Shown: one piece after another, positions 55,732 to 63,282 of the stretch
Numbering within the stretch: the stretch's first letter is position 1
Layout: every line of letters begins with the position of its first letter
Origin: a virus
Taxonomy: Duplodnaviria; Caudoviricetes
Strand: one strand, 5' to 3'
IMG/VR virus record: IMGVR_UViG_3300028186_000155
DNA: 64,000 bases
The notes under the pieces: model-generated
What the model saw: only the letters and a program-made list of their open reading frames with translations
Told to the model about the DNA's origin: nothing
Databases searched by the model: none
Program-made: the position numbers and the translations under genes

Positions 55732-55781
55732 CAGTGCAGCCAGCTTGCGCACCATTCTAGATGCGCAAACGGGTTTACCTG
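55732..55781 (-). repeat. structured intergenic RNA element, copy 7
   Basis: cagGTA aacccgtttgcgcatc TAGAAT ggtgcgcaagctggct GCA ctg. Confidence 0.75.
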
Positions 55782-56183
55782 TCAGGCGATGTTTCTGGTG
55801 GTGCGTGGTTCAATGTGCGGCACCACTTCACGTTCCAGCACCGTGGATAGAAGTTCAGCGGCTGCGTTTGCTGCGTGAACGTAAACCGCGTCACCTTTTG
55901 TACGCGTGGCAAAATACGTGCAGCCTTCCAAACATTCCGCCAGCGCTTCGGCCTGTTCCGGCGTCTGAATGCAAACGGCAATCAAGTGGCCGTTGCTGCT
56001 GGTAAACAGCGTGTCGAAAAACTCGATAGCCTTTTCCAGCGCCTCAACGTCTAGAGGATGTTCGCGCCCTTCGTTGAAAAGGGCGTCCAGTTCATCAAGC
56101 GCCATTTCCGCCAGAATAGAAAGGCGATGAATGAAAATTACGCGCTGGTGTAGCGTCAGGATCAGTTTCTGCGGGTAAGCCAT
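55782..56183 (-). CDS. hypothetical protein
   Basis: GGAG SD. Confidence 0.7.
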   Translation of the reverse strand: MAYPQKLILTLHQRVIFIHRLSILAEMALDELDALFNEGREHPLDVEALEKAIEFFDTLFTSSNGHLIAVCIQTPEQAEALAECLEGCTYFATRTKGDAVYVHAANAAAELLSTVLEREVVPHIEPRTTRNIA

Positions 56184-56185
56184 TA

Positions 56186-56536
56186 TTAGTGCTCCGATTG
56201 TGGAATGTGGCTAAAGATGCCGGGGCCTTGTGCGCTGGGTTCCATGCGCAGGTTATTCAGACGGGCATAATCCACTTCGCGGGCGCAATAGGTACGCTCT
56301 TCAGAATCCTGCCCGAACGCAATGCTTTTGCGAACGGTGACAGTGCCGTCTTCGTTTACGGTGAAAGCCTGTTTGCCGAAAACCGGAAAGCCAATCACTG
56401 CGCGTTGGGTTTTGGCGTCGAGGCGAATTTCCTTACCTTCCAAATCTGACAGGCAGATGGTTTCAAAGAACGACAGCACGCCTGCGCTTTTTGGTACTGC
56501 CCAACTTTCGATTGCGGTGAATGCGATCCGGCTCAT
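56186..56536 (-). CDS. hypothetical protein
   Basis: start moved to MSRIAF, after leader copy 5. Confidence 0.7.
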   Translation of the reverse strand: MSRIAFTAIESWAVPKSAGVLSFFETICLSDLEGKEIRLDAKTQRAVIGFPVFGKQAFTVNEDGTVTVRKSIAFGQDSEERTYCAREVDYARLNNLRMEPSAQGPGIFSHIPQSEH

Positions 56537-56542
56537 GTTCCT

Positions 56543-56627
56543 AAACTTCCCTAATTCCGTGAGTGTCATTTTTGCAGGCACAGTTTGCCCGAGGCCCAAA
56601 CTTCTCAAATTCGGTTCCGGCTGTCAA
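56543..56627 (-). promoter_or_regulatory. sigma70-type promoter + hairpin + conserved leader, copy 5
   Basis: TTGACA-N17-GAAGTT (weak -10, TGn); GGGCA-AACTG-TGCCT; ACACTCACGGAATTAGGGAAGTTT. Confidence 0.7.
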
Positions 56628-56655
56628 GCGGCCAATGCAAAAACGGCGGCACCTC

Positions 56656-56853
56656 TTATACGCGTGTACGCGTGCGAGCGCGTTCCCGTTCCTGAAGTTC
56701 TGCCGTGTGCGCTTCGATTTGGCGGGCCGTGCGTTCGTAGATGCTGCCATGTACGCGGTCGCGCCAGATTTCAAAACAGATGCCGAGCGCACACACAAAC
56801 CAAAGTGCGATTGGTAGGCATTCGGGTGTGCTCAGTATGGTTTCGAGGATCAT
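56656..56853 (-). CDS. small single-TM protein
   Basis: hydrophobic helix; ATGA coupling. Confidence 0.55.
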   Translation of the reverse strand: MILETILSTPECLPIALWFVCALGICFEIWRDRVHGSIYERTARQIEAHTAELQERERARTRTRV

Positions 56854-57056
56854 GGTTTTGGTTCCCCATCAGGTTTTTGGTGCAGGTGCGCTTTCAACTG
56901 CGCTTCGTGTTCGGCAATCTGCCGTTCCTCTTCTGCCTGCCTTCTTTTCATCGCTGCGTACTCGTTGCGCATGTAAATGCCGAACAGGATAAGCAGTGTC
57001 ACCGCCAGAAAAATAATGCCAGCGAATACTATGTTGCGGATCGTCTCCAGTTCCAT
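56850..57056 (-). CDS. small single-TM coiled-coil protein
   Basis: start moved to MELETI (AGGAGG SD). Confidence 0.7.
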   Translation of the reverse strand: MELETIRNIVFAGIIFLAVTLLILFGIYMRNEYAAMKRRQAEEERQIAEHEAQLKAHLHQKPDGEPKP

Positions 57057-57069
57057 ATGCCCTCCTATG

Positions 57070-57092
57070 AAAAAGCCGGGACGTGCCCGGCT
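57070..57092 (-). terminator. intrinsic terminator
   Basis: AGCCGGG-CACGT-CCCGGCT followed by TTTT. Confidence 0.7.
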
Positions 57093-57110
57093 CATTTATT
57101 ACCGCTGGAA

Positions 57111-57569
57111 TTATTCTGTACCCAGCGGATATTTTGCGGTGTCGCGATTGGCCAGCCAGAATTTCAGCAGGGCCTCGGTATTTTCTACAACCGAGTTGCA
57201 CAGCGAATCGGGCTGAATGCGCGAACCCATCTGGTGATGAATAATGTGCGGGTCGAAAAGGTCGCATTGCGAGTTGTACACGTCTTCGAAAATCGAAGAG
57301 GCTGTGCAGTCGCTGCTGGTCCCCGGTTTGATGTTCATCAGGAACGGCAATTGCGTTTTGTAGGCCGTAATCTGCTGGCGCAATTCGTGGAGCGCCTGCA
57401 CCGTGATTTCTTCGCCGCCGTCCTTGATGAATGTGGCGGTGTCCAGAAATTCTGCAACGGCCATCAGGGCAGGCAGCTTTTCGCGGAACTTGGCGCTTTG
57501 CATGAATGCACGCACGCGGCCTTGCGCGCTGTCATAAATGCGCTGGGTGTCACCGATTGGTTTAGTCAT
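57111..57569 (-). CDS. hypothetical protein
   Basis: AAGGA SD. Confidence 0.7.
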   Translation of the reverse strand: MTKPIGDTQRIYDSAQGRVRAFMQSAKFREKLPALMAVAEFLDTATFIKDGGEEITVQALHELRQQITAYKTQLPFLMNIKPGTSSDCTASSIFEDVYNSQCDLFDPHIIHHQMGSRIQPDSLCNSVVENTEALLKFWLANRDTAKYPLGTE

Positions 57570-57813
57570 GGGGCTGGTCCTTTAGATAATCGTTAGCTTC
57601 GTGGAATTTTGCGAGCGGACGCCCGCACATTGCGCAGTAGTTGGAGCGGTAGCAAAAGCCGGGGTGCGGAACGGCAATCCGTTTGGTCTTTTCGTTCCAG
57701 TCCGCAATCACCTTCTGAAACGCGGTAGCCTTTTTCATCCAGTCGCGTTCGCAGATGGCGACGTTTTGAATTTCACCAACAATGCAGGTTCCGGGCTTAC
57801 ACTGTTTTGTCAT
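57562..57813 (-). CDS. small Cys-containing protein (possible Zn finger)
   Basis: C...C...CAMCG. Confidence 0.65.
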   Translation of the reverse strand: MTKQCKPGTCIVGEIQNVAICERDWMKKATAFQKVIADWNEKTKRIAVPHPGFCYRSNYCAMCGRPLAKFHEANDYLKDQPHD

Positions 57814-57997
57814 CGTCAGATTTTCCTGCGTGCTTGAGCACAGTCAAAATTAATTGGTGCTCGAAATCCATCTGCTGTTTGCGTGCCTTGTAGTGCATGT
57901 GCATTTTCCAGCAGCGCAGCGCTTCAGGGCCTACGACCAGCAGCACGACCAGCACAGGCACCGCGAACAGCAACCACTTGATTAATTCAGGCGTCAT
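57797..57997 (-). CDS. small single-TM protein
   Basis: N-terminal TM. Confidence 0.65.
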   Translation of the reverse strand: MTPELIKWLLFAVPVLVVLLVVGPEALRCWKMHMHYKARKQQMDFEHQLILTVLKHAGKSDDDKTV

Positions 57998-58580
57998 AAG
58001 CTACAGGTTCCTCGTAATCCAGCCCTTGGTTTCTGCAAAACTCTTTGTGTGTGATGGTCAGACGCAAAAGCTCGACAGGCTTATTTGTACCGGCGCCAAA
58101 ACTATTTGCCGTTTTAAGCATGTGGTCGCGATCAATCCGGCGCCTCAATTTCTGCGCCAGACGATCCCCAAATTCCGTTGCGTCTGGCAAACGTTCCAAC
58201 CACATATCAACGTACTCGGCGCCGCTTACATTATGCACCTGTTCGTAAATCGGTTCGTCATTGGCGCTGAAACCACTGGGCCACAAACGATTGGTCAGCA
58301 GTGCCCAGCGCAGGCGGTAGCCTTTCGGCACGTCGTGGGTGCGGTTGTCAGGGTCCATATAAATATGCGCCTCGATAAATTTCGGCGGCACGCTTTGCAT
58401 GTGGTCAGGTATCGCCAACACTTTCAGCGATTCGCGGCTTTTGCTTGCGTGGTCGAGTTCAGCCCACAACTTTTCCAGCAGCGTATCGACGTTGCAATTT
58501 TTGTCGCTCTGAATGTCGATGATGGCCTGCGCCAGTTTAATCACGACATTGTTTTTGTAGCCCATGATTTGGTCCTTCAA
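57987..58580 (-). CDS. hypothetical protein
   Basis: start may be MGYKNN (AAGGA SD). Confidence 0.7.
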   Translation of the reverse strand: MKDQIMGYKNNVVIKLAQAIIDIQSDKNCNVDTLLEKLWAELDHASKSRESLKVLAIPDHMQSVPPKFIEAHIYMDPDNRTHDVPKGYRLRWALLTNRLWPSGFSANDEPIYEQVHNVSGAEYVDMWLERLPDATEFGDRLAQKLRRRIDRDHMLKTANSFGAGTNKPVELLRLTITHKEFCRNQGLDYEEPVAYDA

Positions 58581-59059
58581 ACGGTGGTGAAGTGCTGGCG
58601 TGAGCCAAGGGCAAACGCGTTGTTAAATTCGGTCACGTCAATGTCATGGAACCGGTAAATGGCATTGCCGCCAGTGGTCAGTCCGAGTTGAACCGTGCTC
58701 CACTGCGAATCGCCCATGAGGCGATTTACAGCCTCTTCAATTTCAGGCTGGCGGAACTGGAATTTGGCGCCGGTTTCTTCCACCGGGCGTTGCACGTCAT
58801 GCTCAGGATTCATAATCGCAATGACGTTCATTTTGTCGTAGGTGAATTCCTGCCCTTCGTGGGTCAGGCGTACACATGCGACGTAAGGGCGGAAGCGCAG
58901 GTCTGCGAATTTGTCAGAAGAGCGCAGGTCGATTTTGGTATGGCACGTTTCGCCGCCGAACTCGAAAATGCGTTTCTGCAATTCGTCGTCATGCGCGATT
59001 AGCCACAAAATCATTTCGGTCGTTGGTTGGGTTTCAGACAGCACGGCGACGAAAAACAT
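58577..59059 (-). CDS. hypothetical protein
   Basis: GAGGA SD. Confidence 0.75.
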   Translation of the reverse strand: MFFVAVLSETQPTTEMILWLIAHDDELQKRIFEFGGETCHTKIDLRSSDKFADLRFRPYVACVRLTHEGQEFTYDKMNVIAIMNPEHDVQRPVEETGAKFQFRQPEIEEAVNRLMGDSQWSTVQLGLTTGGNAIYRFHDIDVTEFNNAFALGSRQHFTTV

Positions 59060-59082
59060 TGGTTGATCCTCAAATTAGTTTC

Positions 59083-59117
59083 CTACTGACAAAGCCCGCA
59101 CAGGGCGGGCTAAGTTT
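59083..59117 (-). terminator. repeated terminator-like element, copy A
   Basis: AGCCCGC-CCTGT-GCGGGCT-TTGTCAGTAG; 35 bp identical to 60289..60323. Confidence 0.7.
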
Positions 59118-59120
59118 GGG

Positions 59121-59354
59121 TCAGTGGGCGCGCTTACGGATGGTTTCCAGCAGCGGCATTTCATGCTCAACGAAAGTGTTTTGTTTGCGGTCCAGTGCGG
59201 CCACCACGTGGCCCCGTTCCGATTCGTCCACTGCCCACTCTAAGGTCGCGGTGGCGTAGGACATTAATTCCTGCGTGGTTTTGATTCCGCACCGCTCCAT
59301 CAGTTTCAGCAGGCGTGCGGCGGTGGCTTCGTCGGTGATGATTTCGTGTCGCAT
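59121..59354 (-). CDS. ribbon-helix-helix-like DNA-binding protein
   Basis: RLLKLMERCGIKTTQELMSYATATLEWAVDESERG; start moved to MRHEII (GGAG SD). Confidence 0.6.
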   Translation of the reverse strand: MRHEIITDEATAARLLKLMERCGIKTTQELMSYATATLEWAVDESERGHVVAALDRKQNTFVEHEMPLLETIRKRAH

Positions 59355-59367
59355 TTTATTTCTCCGG

Positions 59368-59565
59368 TCAGTGCTGTTTGATTTTCTTGATTCGCCACGT
59401 GTCGCACTTGGGGCAATGCGTGGTGTATTTGCGGTGATGAATATCGCCGCGCTTGCCCCGGTCGATTGCGGTAAAAGAACCATCGACCGCGCTAGACCAC
59501 AGCACGTCTTCGACCTTCACCAATTTGAAATTGTGACGGCACAGCAATTGGCGCAGCCAAATCAT
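59368..59565 (-). CDS. small protein with CxH..CxxC finger
   Basis: CRHNF...CPKC. Confidence 0.65.
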   Translation of the reverse strand: MIWLRQLLCRHNFKLVKVEDVLWSSAVDGSFTAIDRGKRGDIHHRKYTTHCPKCDTWRIKKIKQH

Positions 59566-59975
59566 TTTGCGTTCTCCAGAACGGCCACGCGCTTAGGAAT
59601 GCGGCGCGCTTTAGTTCCATCGGGCATGCGTACCCACACGTATTCAGAAAGGGCCGTAACGATCCCACAAAAGAGCGTAGAGCCGTTATTCAGGCCCACG
59701 GCCACAGTATCACCGAGCCTTATCAATTTACCGCGCACGTCGAGTGGAATAGGCGGTGTGTAATCCGGGTTCGCGTAACGCGTAACCAACGCCACCAATT
59801 GCTTTGTGTCGAGGTCGTTAACCAGCAGGCTAGAAATGAAACGGCCACGCTCGCCATTTACGAAAACGAACCAGCACCATTTTTTGCCGTCCTGATCCTT
59901 TTTCAACTTCAGGCCTTTCCGGTCCAGCAGCTTGTTCGCGTCAACAATTTTTGTGTGGCGTTCTTGGACGATCAT
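59562..59975 (-). CDS. hypothetical protein
   Basis: GAGG SD; C-terminal SH3/KOW-like DVRGKLIRLGDTV. Confidence 0.7.
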   Translation of the reverse strand: MIVQERHTKIVDANKLLDRKGLKLKKDQDGKKWCWFVFVNGERGRFISSLLVNDLDTKQLVALVTRYANPDYTPPIPLDVRGKLIRLGDTVAVGLNNGSTLFCGIVTALSEYVWVRMPDGTKARRIPKRVAVLENAK

Positions 59976-59982
59976 GCGAGCC

Positions 59983-60264
59983 TCAATTCTTTTTCAGGAT
60001 TTCTTCGATTTCGCCGCCCCACAAACCAATGTCGGGGATGCGTTGGCTATCGTGCGGCCAGCCTTCGCGCTGCGGCCCGTATTCTGTATCAGGGTCCATT
60101 TCTGCGCAGATCGTCGGCGGGCAATTTGCCCAGTACAGGATGCAAGTCACGGTGCCTTGGCCGGTCGATCCGTCGCGGCTTTTAATTCGGATGCGCGTGC
60201 CGGGCACAATATCTTGATCGCACCAGTTGAACGAAGGCAATTTGTTAGGGCGGTTATTGCTCAT
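59983..60264 (-). CDS. hypothetical protein
   Basis: AAGGA SD. Confidence 0.7.
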   Translation of the reverse strand: MSNNRPNKLPSFNWCDQDIVPGTRIRIKSRDGSTGQGTVTCILYWANCPPTICAEMDPDTEYGPQREGWPHDSQRIPDIGLWGGEIEEILKKN

Positions 60265-60288
60265 GCTGCAATTCCTTTGTCTGGTTTA

Positions 60289-60323
60289 CTACTGACAAAG
60301 CCCGCACAGGGCGGGCTAAGTTT
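60289..60323 (-). terminator. repeated terminator-like element, copy B
   Basis: 35 bp identical to 59083..59117. Confidence 0.7.
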
Positions 60324-60329
60324 TCGGGT

Positions 60330-60497
60330 TTAGACTTCTGATCCGTCTTCGGCTTCGCGTGGGGTCACGGATTTAATCGGCCCCATATGAGAAAACGAAC
60401 GTTGGATAAATTCGCGCACGTCCTGTTGATCGGTGCCGTACTCTTCCATTACTTCACCGCTTTCGAAAACCACGTCCCACAAAATCGACTGGCTCAT
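60330..60497 (-). CDS. 55-aa acidic protein (not in ORF track)
   Basis: MSQSILWDVVFESGEVMEEYGTDQQDVREFIQRSFSHMGPIKSVTPREAEDGSEV; AAGGAGG SD, TAATG coupling. Confidence 0.7.
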   Translation of the reverse strand: MSQSILWDVVFESGEVMEEYGTDQQDVREFIQRSFSHMGPIKSVTPREAEDGSEV

Positions 60498-61078
60498 TAG
60501 TTGGCCTCCTTATCAGCCGGGAATTCGTCTGCGCTGTCCGTGTCGTCTAGCAATTCGTCCTCGGCGCTTTCTGCGCTGGCCTCTGTGACGTTTTCAGGGC
60601 CTACCGCGATGTATGTAAGGGCCTCGGTGATCGAACGCGTAACGGCCTTGTCGCCGCCTACGTGATACGGCGTCAGGCTCGCCACGTTATCCAGATACGC
60701 CACCTCTTCGTAACCTGCCCAACCAGAATGGCGCCCGTCACTGCAAACCACGCGGTGACGGAAACCGGAGTCGTTCCAGTTTTGTGAGCCTTCTTTGGTT
60801 TCCACGTCGTAACGAATATCGTCAGACTCTTCGTCAGGGGCCAGACTGCGCTCGACCGCAATGGCTTCAGCAGCAGGGGCCAGAGCCACAATTTCATCCA
60901 CCGACAATTCCCAAAAAGATTTGGCAGTCAGTTCACGGAGGAAAACACGCTCGCCAACGTGGCGGAAGCAATAGCCGCGCCCGATAGGGGTGAATTGCAT
61001 TCCTTTGTAGTGCTCGGTTTTTTGCAGCGCTTCGCTAACTGCGTTGAGTTTGGTGTGGCGGTCTGCTTGAGTGCTCAT
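60497..61078 (-). CDS. hypothetical protein with acidic tail
   Basis: GAGGA SD. Confidence 0.75.
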   Translation of the reverse strand: MSTQADRHTKLNAVSEALQKTEHYKGMQFTPIGRGYCFRHVGERVFLRELTAKSFWELSVDEIVALAPAAEAIAVERSLAPDEESDDIRYDVETKEGSQNWNDSGFRHRVVCSDGRHSGWAGYEEVAYLDNVASLTPYHVGGDKAVTRSITEALTYIAVGPENVTEASAESAEDELLDDTDSADEFPADKEAN

Positions 61079-61101
61079 GTGTTCCTCGGTTTTCCGTTGG
61101 T

Positions 61102-61140
61102 TGGTTTACTACCGACAAACCCCGCACTAGGCGGGGTTAT
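61102..61140 (-). terminator. repeated terminator-like element, copy C (variant)
   Basis: AACCCCGC-CTAGT-GCGGGGTT-TGTCGGTAGTAAACC; compensatory G-C to C-G change. Confidence 0.65.
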
Positions 61141-61143
61141 TTG

Positions 61144-61329
61144 TCATTCTGGAATGCGTTTCCATTCACGATAAAATTCGGCTTCGGGAATCACTATGCG
61201 CTGACCGCTACGCACGTAATAAATGGCATCACCACACGCACCAACGCGCTGGCCTTTGTGGATGTTCACCTGCTGGCTAGTGGCGCTGCATTCGTAGCGC
61301 CCCAGCTTGCGTATACGGGTCAGTTTCAT
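61144..61329 (-). CDS. hypothetical protein
   Basis: start moved to MKLTRI (GAGG SD). Confidence 0.65.
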   Translation of the reverse strand: MKLTRIRKLGRYECSATSQQVNIHKGQRVGACGDAIYYVRSGQRIVIPEAEFYREWKRIPE

Positions 61330-61337
61330 TTTGCCCC

Positions 61338-61538
61338 TCACTCAAAATTGATTGCTGATACGCCGTTTACGCCAACCTGATACCGGTACGCCGGGCGACC
61401 GCCACGCGTATCGTACACGGTGTAAACCTCGCCTTCCTTTTCGACCACCTTGTGTTGGAGGTTGCTAAACGGGGCGCTGCTACCGTCCGCGAAGTCGATG
61501 ATCATGAATTGCGCTTTGATGATTTCTGCTTGGGCCAT
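61338..61538 (-). CDS. hypothetical protein
   Basis: AAGGAG SD. Confidence 0.7.
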   Translation of the reverse strand: MAQAEIIKAQFMIIDFADGSSAPFSNLQHKVVEKEGEVYTVYDTRGGRPAYRYQVGVNGVSAINFE

Positions 61539-61550
61539 TTGTGATGCTCC

Positions 61551-61778
61551 TTATTTCGAACGGCGGTCAAAAAGTTTTTTGGCGGCTTCCAGCGTCAGGT
61601 CTTTTTCGACGTAGCGCCAAGTCGAGACGTATTTGCCACGTACATAGTTAGTGCACAGCTTCCAAACGCCAAACGGTGCGTCGGGGTTTGCCAGCGAACC
61701 GTTGTCGCATTGCAGCGAGTAGGTAACGCCCTTGCTGTTTGTTTTGCGGTACACGATTTGCGCGCTGTGCAGTGCCAT
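61551..61778 (-). CDS. hypothetical protein
   Basis: directly after leader copy 6. Confidence 0.7.
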   Translation of the reverse strand: MALHSAQIVYRKTNSKGVTYSLQCDNGSLANPDAPFGVWKLCTNYVRGKYVSTWRYVEKDLTLEAAKKLFDRRSK

Positions 61779-61783
61779 GGCTC

Positions 61784-61871
61784 AAACTTCCCTAATTGCG
61801 TGAGTGTCTGTTTTGCGGGCAGCAGCTGCCCAACTGGCCCCAAAGGTATCAAAGCCCCCGCCAAAGGTCAA
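61784..61871 (-). promoter_or_regulatory. sigma70-type promoter + hairpin + conserved leader, copy 6
   Basis: TTGACC-N17-TACCTT with TGn; GGGCAG-CTG-CTGCCC; ACACTCACGCAATTAGGGAAGTTT. Confidence 0.8.
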
Positions 61872-61938
61872 CCATTGGCCGCGATGCCTTATCTACGCGG
61901 GCGTGTACACGCGTATAAGCAACGCAGGCGCCAGAAAC

Positions 61939-61965
61939 GACAAAGCCCGCACAGGGCGGGCTAAG
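61939..61965 (-). terminator. repeated terminator-like element, copy D
   Basis: 27 bp identical to the core of copies A and B. Confidence 0.7.
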
Positions 61966-61969
61966 GGAT

Positions 61970-62470
61970 TCAAAGGGCAACGACTTCTGTTATCACCGGG
62001 TGGCGGTTGTAGTGCTGGCTCACATGCTCAGCCAATTTGAAGTGGCGTCCATAAATGTCGAGGTGGCGTCCACGTTCAAATTTGACCTTGAACAGAGATT
62101 CATTGGCTAACGGCCCTTTTACAAACTTGAGGCCGTCCACAATTCTGACCCGTGCTTTTGCCTGCTCGACTTTCGCCCGGTAGAAATCAATGGTCGTATC
62201 GGCGTCCGTCACCGTTTGCAGCCCGGCAATAAATCCGGTGGTGTTGTGCATGAGGCGGCGCGCATTAATCGCCAGATCATAAATCGGCGTGTGCTCGAAT
62301 TCGCGCAGGGCCTTCAAAGCGGCATCCTGCAAAAACTCGGAATCGGCAACAGGCTTGCGATTTTCGATTGCCTGTAGAACCTGCGTCGGGATGCACAGCA
62401 GGTGTGCCAAATCCGATTGCTTGATGCGCAGGCGCTGGCGCCATTGCTGAATTTTTCGTCCGTCGTGCAT
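61970..62470 (-). CDS. XRE-family HTH protein
   Basis: IQQWRQRLRIKQSDLAHLLCIPTQVLQAIEN. Confidence 0.75.
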   Translation of the reverse strand: MHDGRKIQQWRQRLRIKQSDLAHLLCIPTQVLQAIENRKPVADSEFLQDAALKALREFEHTPIYDLAINARRLMHNTTGFIAGLQTVTDADTTIDFYRAKVEQAKARVRIVDGLKFVKGPLANESLFKVKFERGRHLDIYGRHFKLAEHVSQHYNRHPVITEVVAL

Positions 62471-62498
62471 TTTTCTTGTTCCGTGTGGCCTAGACGTG

Positions 62499-62524
62499 AA
62501 AAAGCCCCAGCTAGGCCGGGGCTT
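62499..62524 (-). terminator. intrinsic terminator
   Basis: AAGCCCCGG-CCTAG-CTGGGGCTT followed by TTT. Confidence 0.7.
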
Positions 62525-62535
62525 CTGTCAGTGGG

Positions 62536-62982
62536 TTACTCGGCTTTTGGCATACGGTGCAGATTCGCAACGCGTACCGCTTCTTTCGCTTCGTCTGCGG
62601 TCATACCCTCGGGCAATTGCAGCTTAACGATTTGTGGGCGGCGTTCGTTGGTTACAGGTGCACCCTCAATCAGGAAATTGTGATAAACGTCGTCATCTTC
62701 CCAAAAGTTGCCCTTCTGCCCCAATTTGACCAACACATAAATGTTGTCGCCGTACTCGCCAATCATCCAGTTGCCGAACTTGCGGTAGTACGGCTGGCCA
62801 TTCGGAATGTCGCAAACCTGCTCAGGGAACGCAGAACGACGCATGCGCGACAGCTTCAGCGATTTGAACAATTGGTTAATGTTGAAAACCGCACGTTCTT
62901 TGCCAGCAGCAATGGTTGCCTGCGTGATGGCGAAAACGGCTTCTTCGATTTTGTTCAGGTCTGCTTGATCGTGAGTGGACAT
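62536..62982 (-). CDS. hypothetical protein
   Basis: GGAG SD. Confidence 0.75.
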   Translation of the reverse strand: MSTHDQADLNKIEEAVFAITQATIAAGKERAVFNINQLFKSLKLSRMRRSAFPEQVCDIPNGQPYYRKFGNWMIGEYGDNIYVLVKLGQKGNFWEDDDVYHNFLIEGAPVTNERRPQIVKLQLPEGMTADEAKEAVRVANLHRMPKAE

Positions 62983-63078
62983 TTTGATTCTCCACTAGCC
63001 TTTAGGATTCACCGGGCGTTAGCGGGCTAGTATCACCGACGCCTAGTGTCTTGCTCTGTAGTGTTTACAGTTTTTCCG

Positions 63079-63282
63079 TCACTGCTTGACGTAGACCGTA
63101 ATGTCGTCGTCTTGCATAACGTATTCGTCACGAACTTGGCGAATGTAATCCGCATCATTGTCCGTTTCGATAATGATTTCCTCGGCACCGCCATTGGGCA
63201 GCTTGCGTAGCACAGCGGCGCTGATGCCATTCAAAACGGCAGGTGCCAATTGCACCAAACCGCGCAGGATTTCATTGCTCAT
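63079..63282 (-). CDS. hypothetical protein
   Basis: start moved to MSNEIL, after leader copy 7. Confidence 0.7.
   Translation of the reverse strand: MSNEILRGLVQLAPAVLNGISAAVLRKLPNGGAEEIIIETDNDADYIRQVRDEYVMQDDDITVYVKQ

Noticed and set aside
55732-55781. TAGAAT hairpin loop as a sigma70 -10 or hairpin promoter
   Set aside because: Loop sequence varies between copies (AGGC, TCTT, TAAG) and no -35 lies at 16-18 bp; RNA-type wobble pairs are conserved instead
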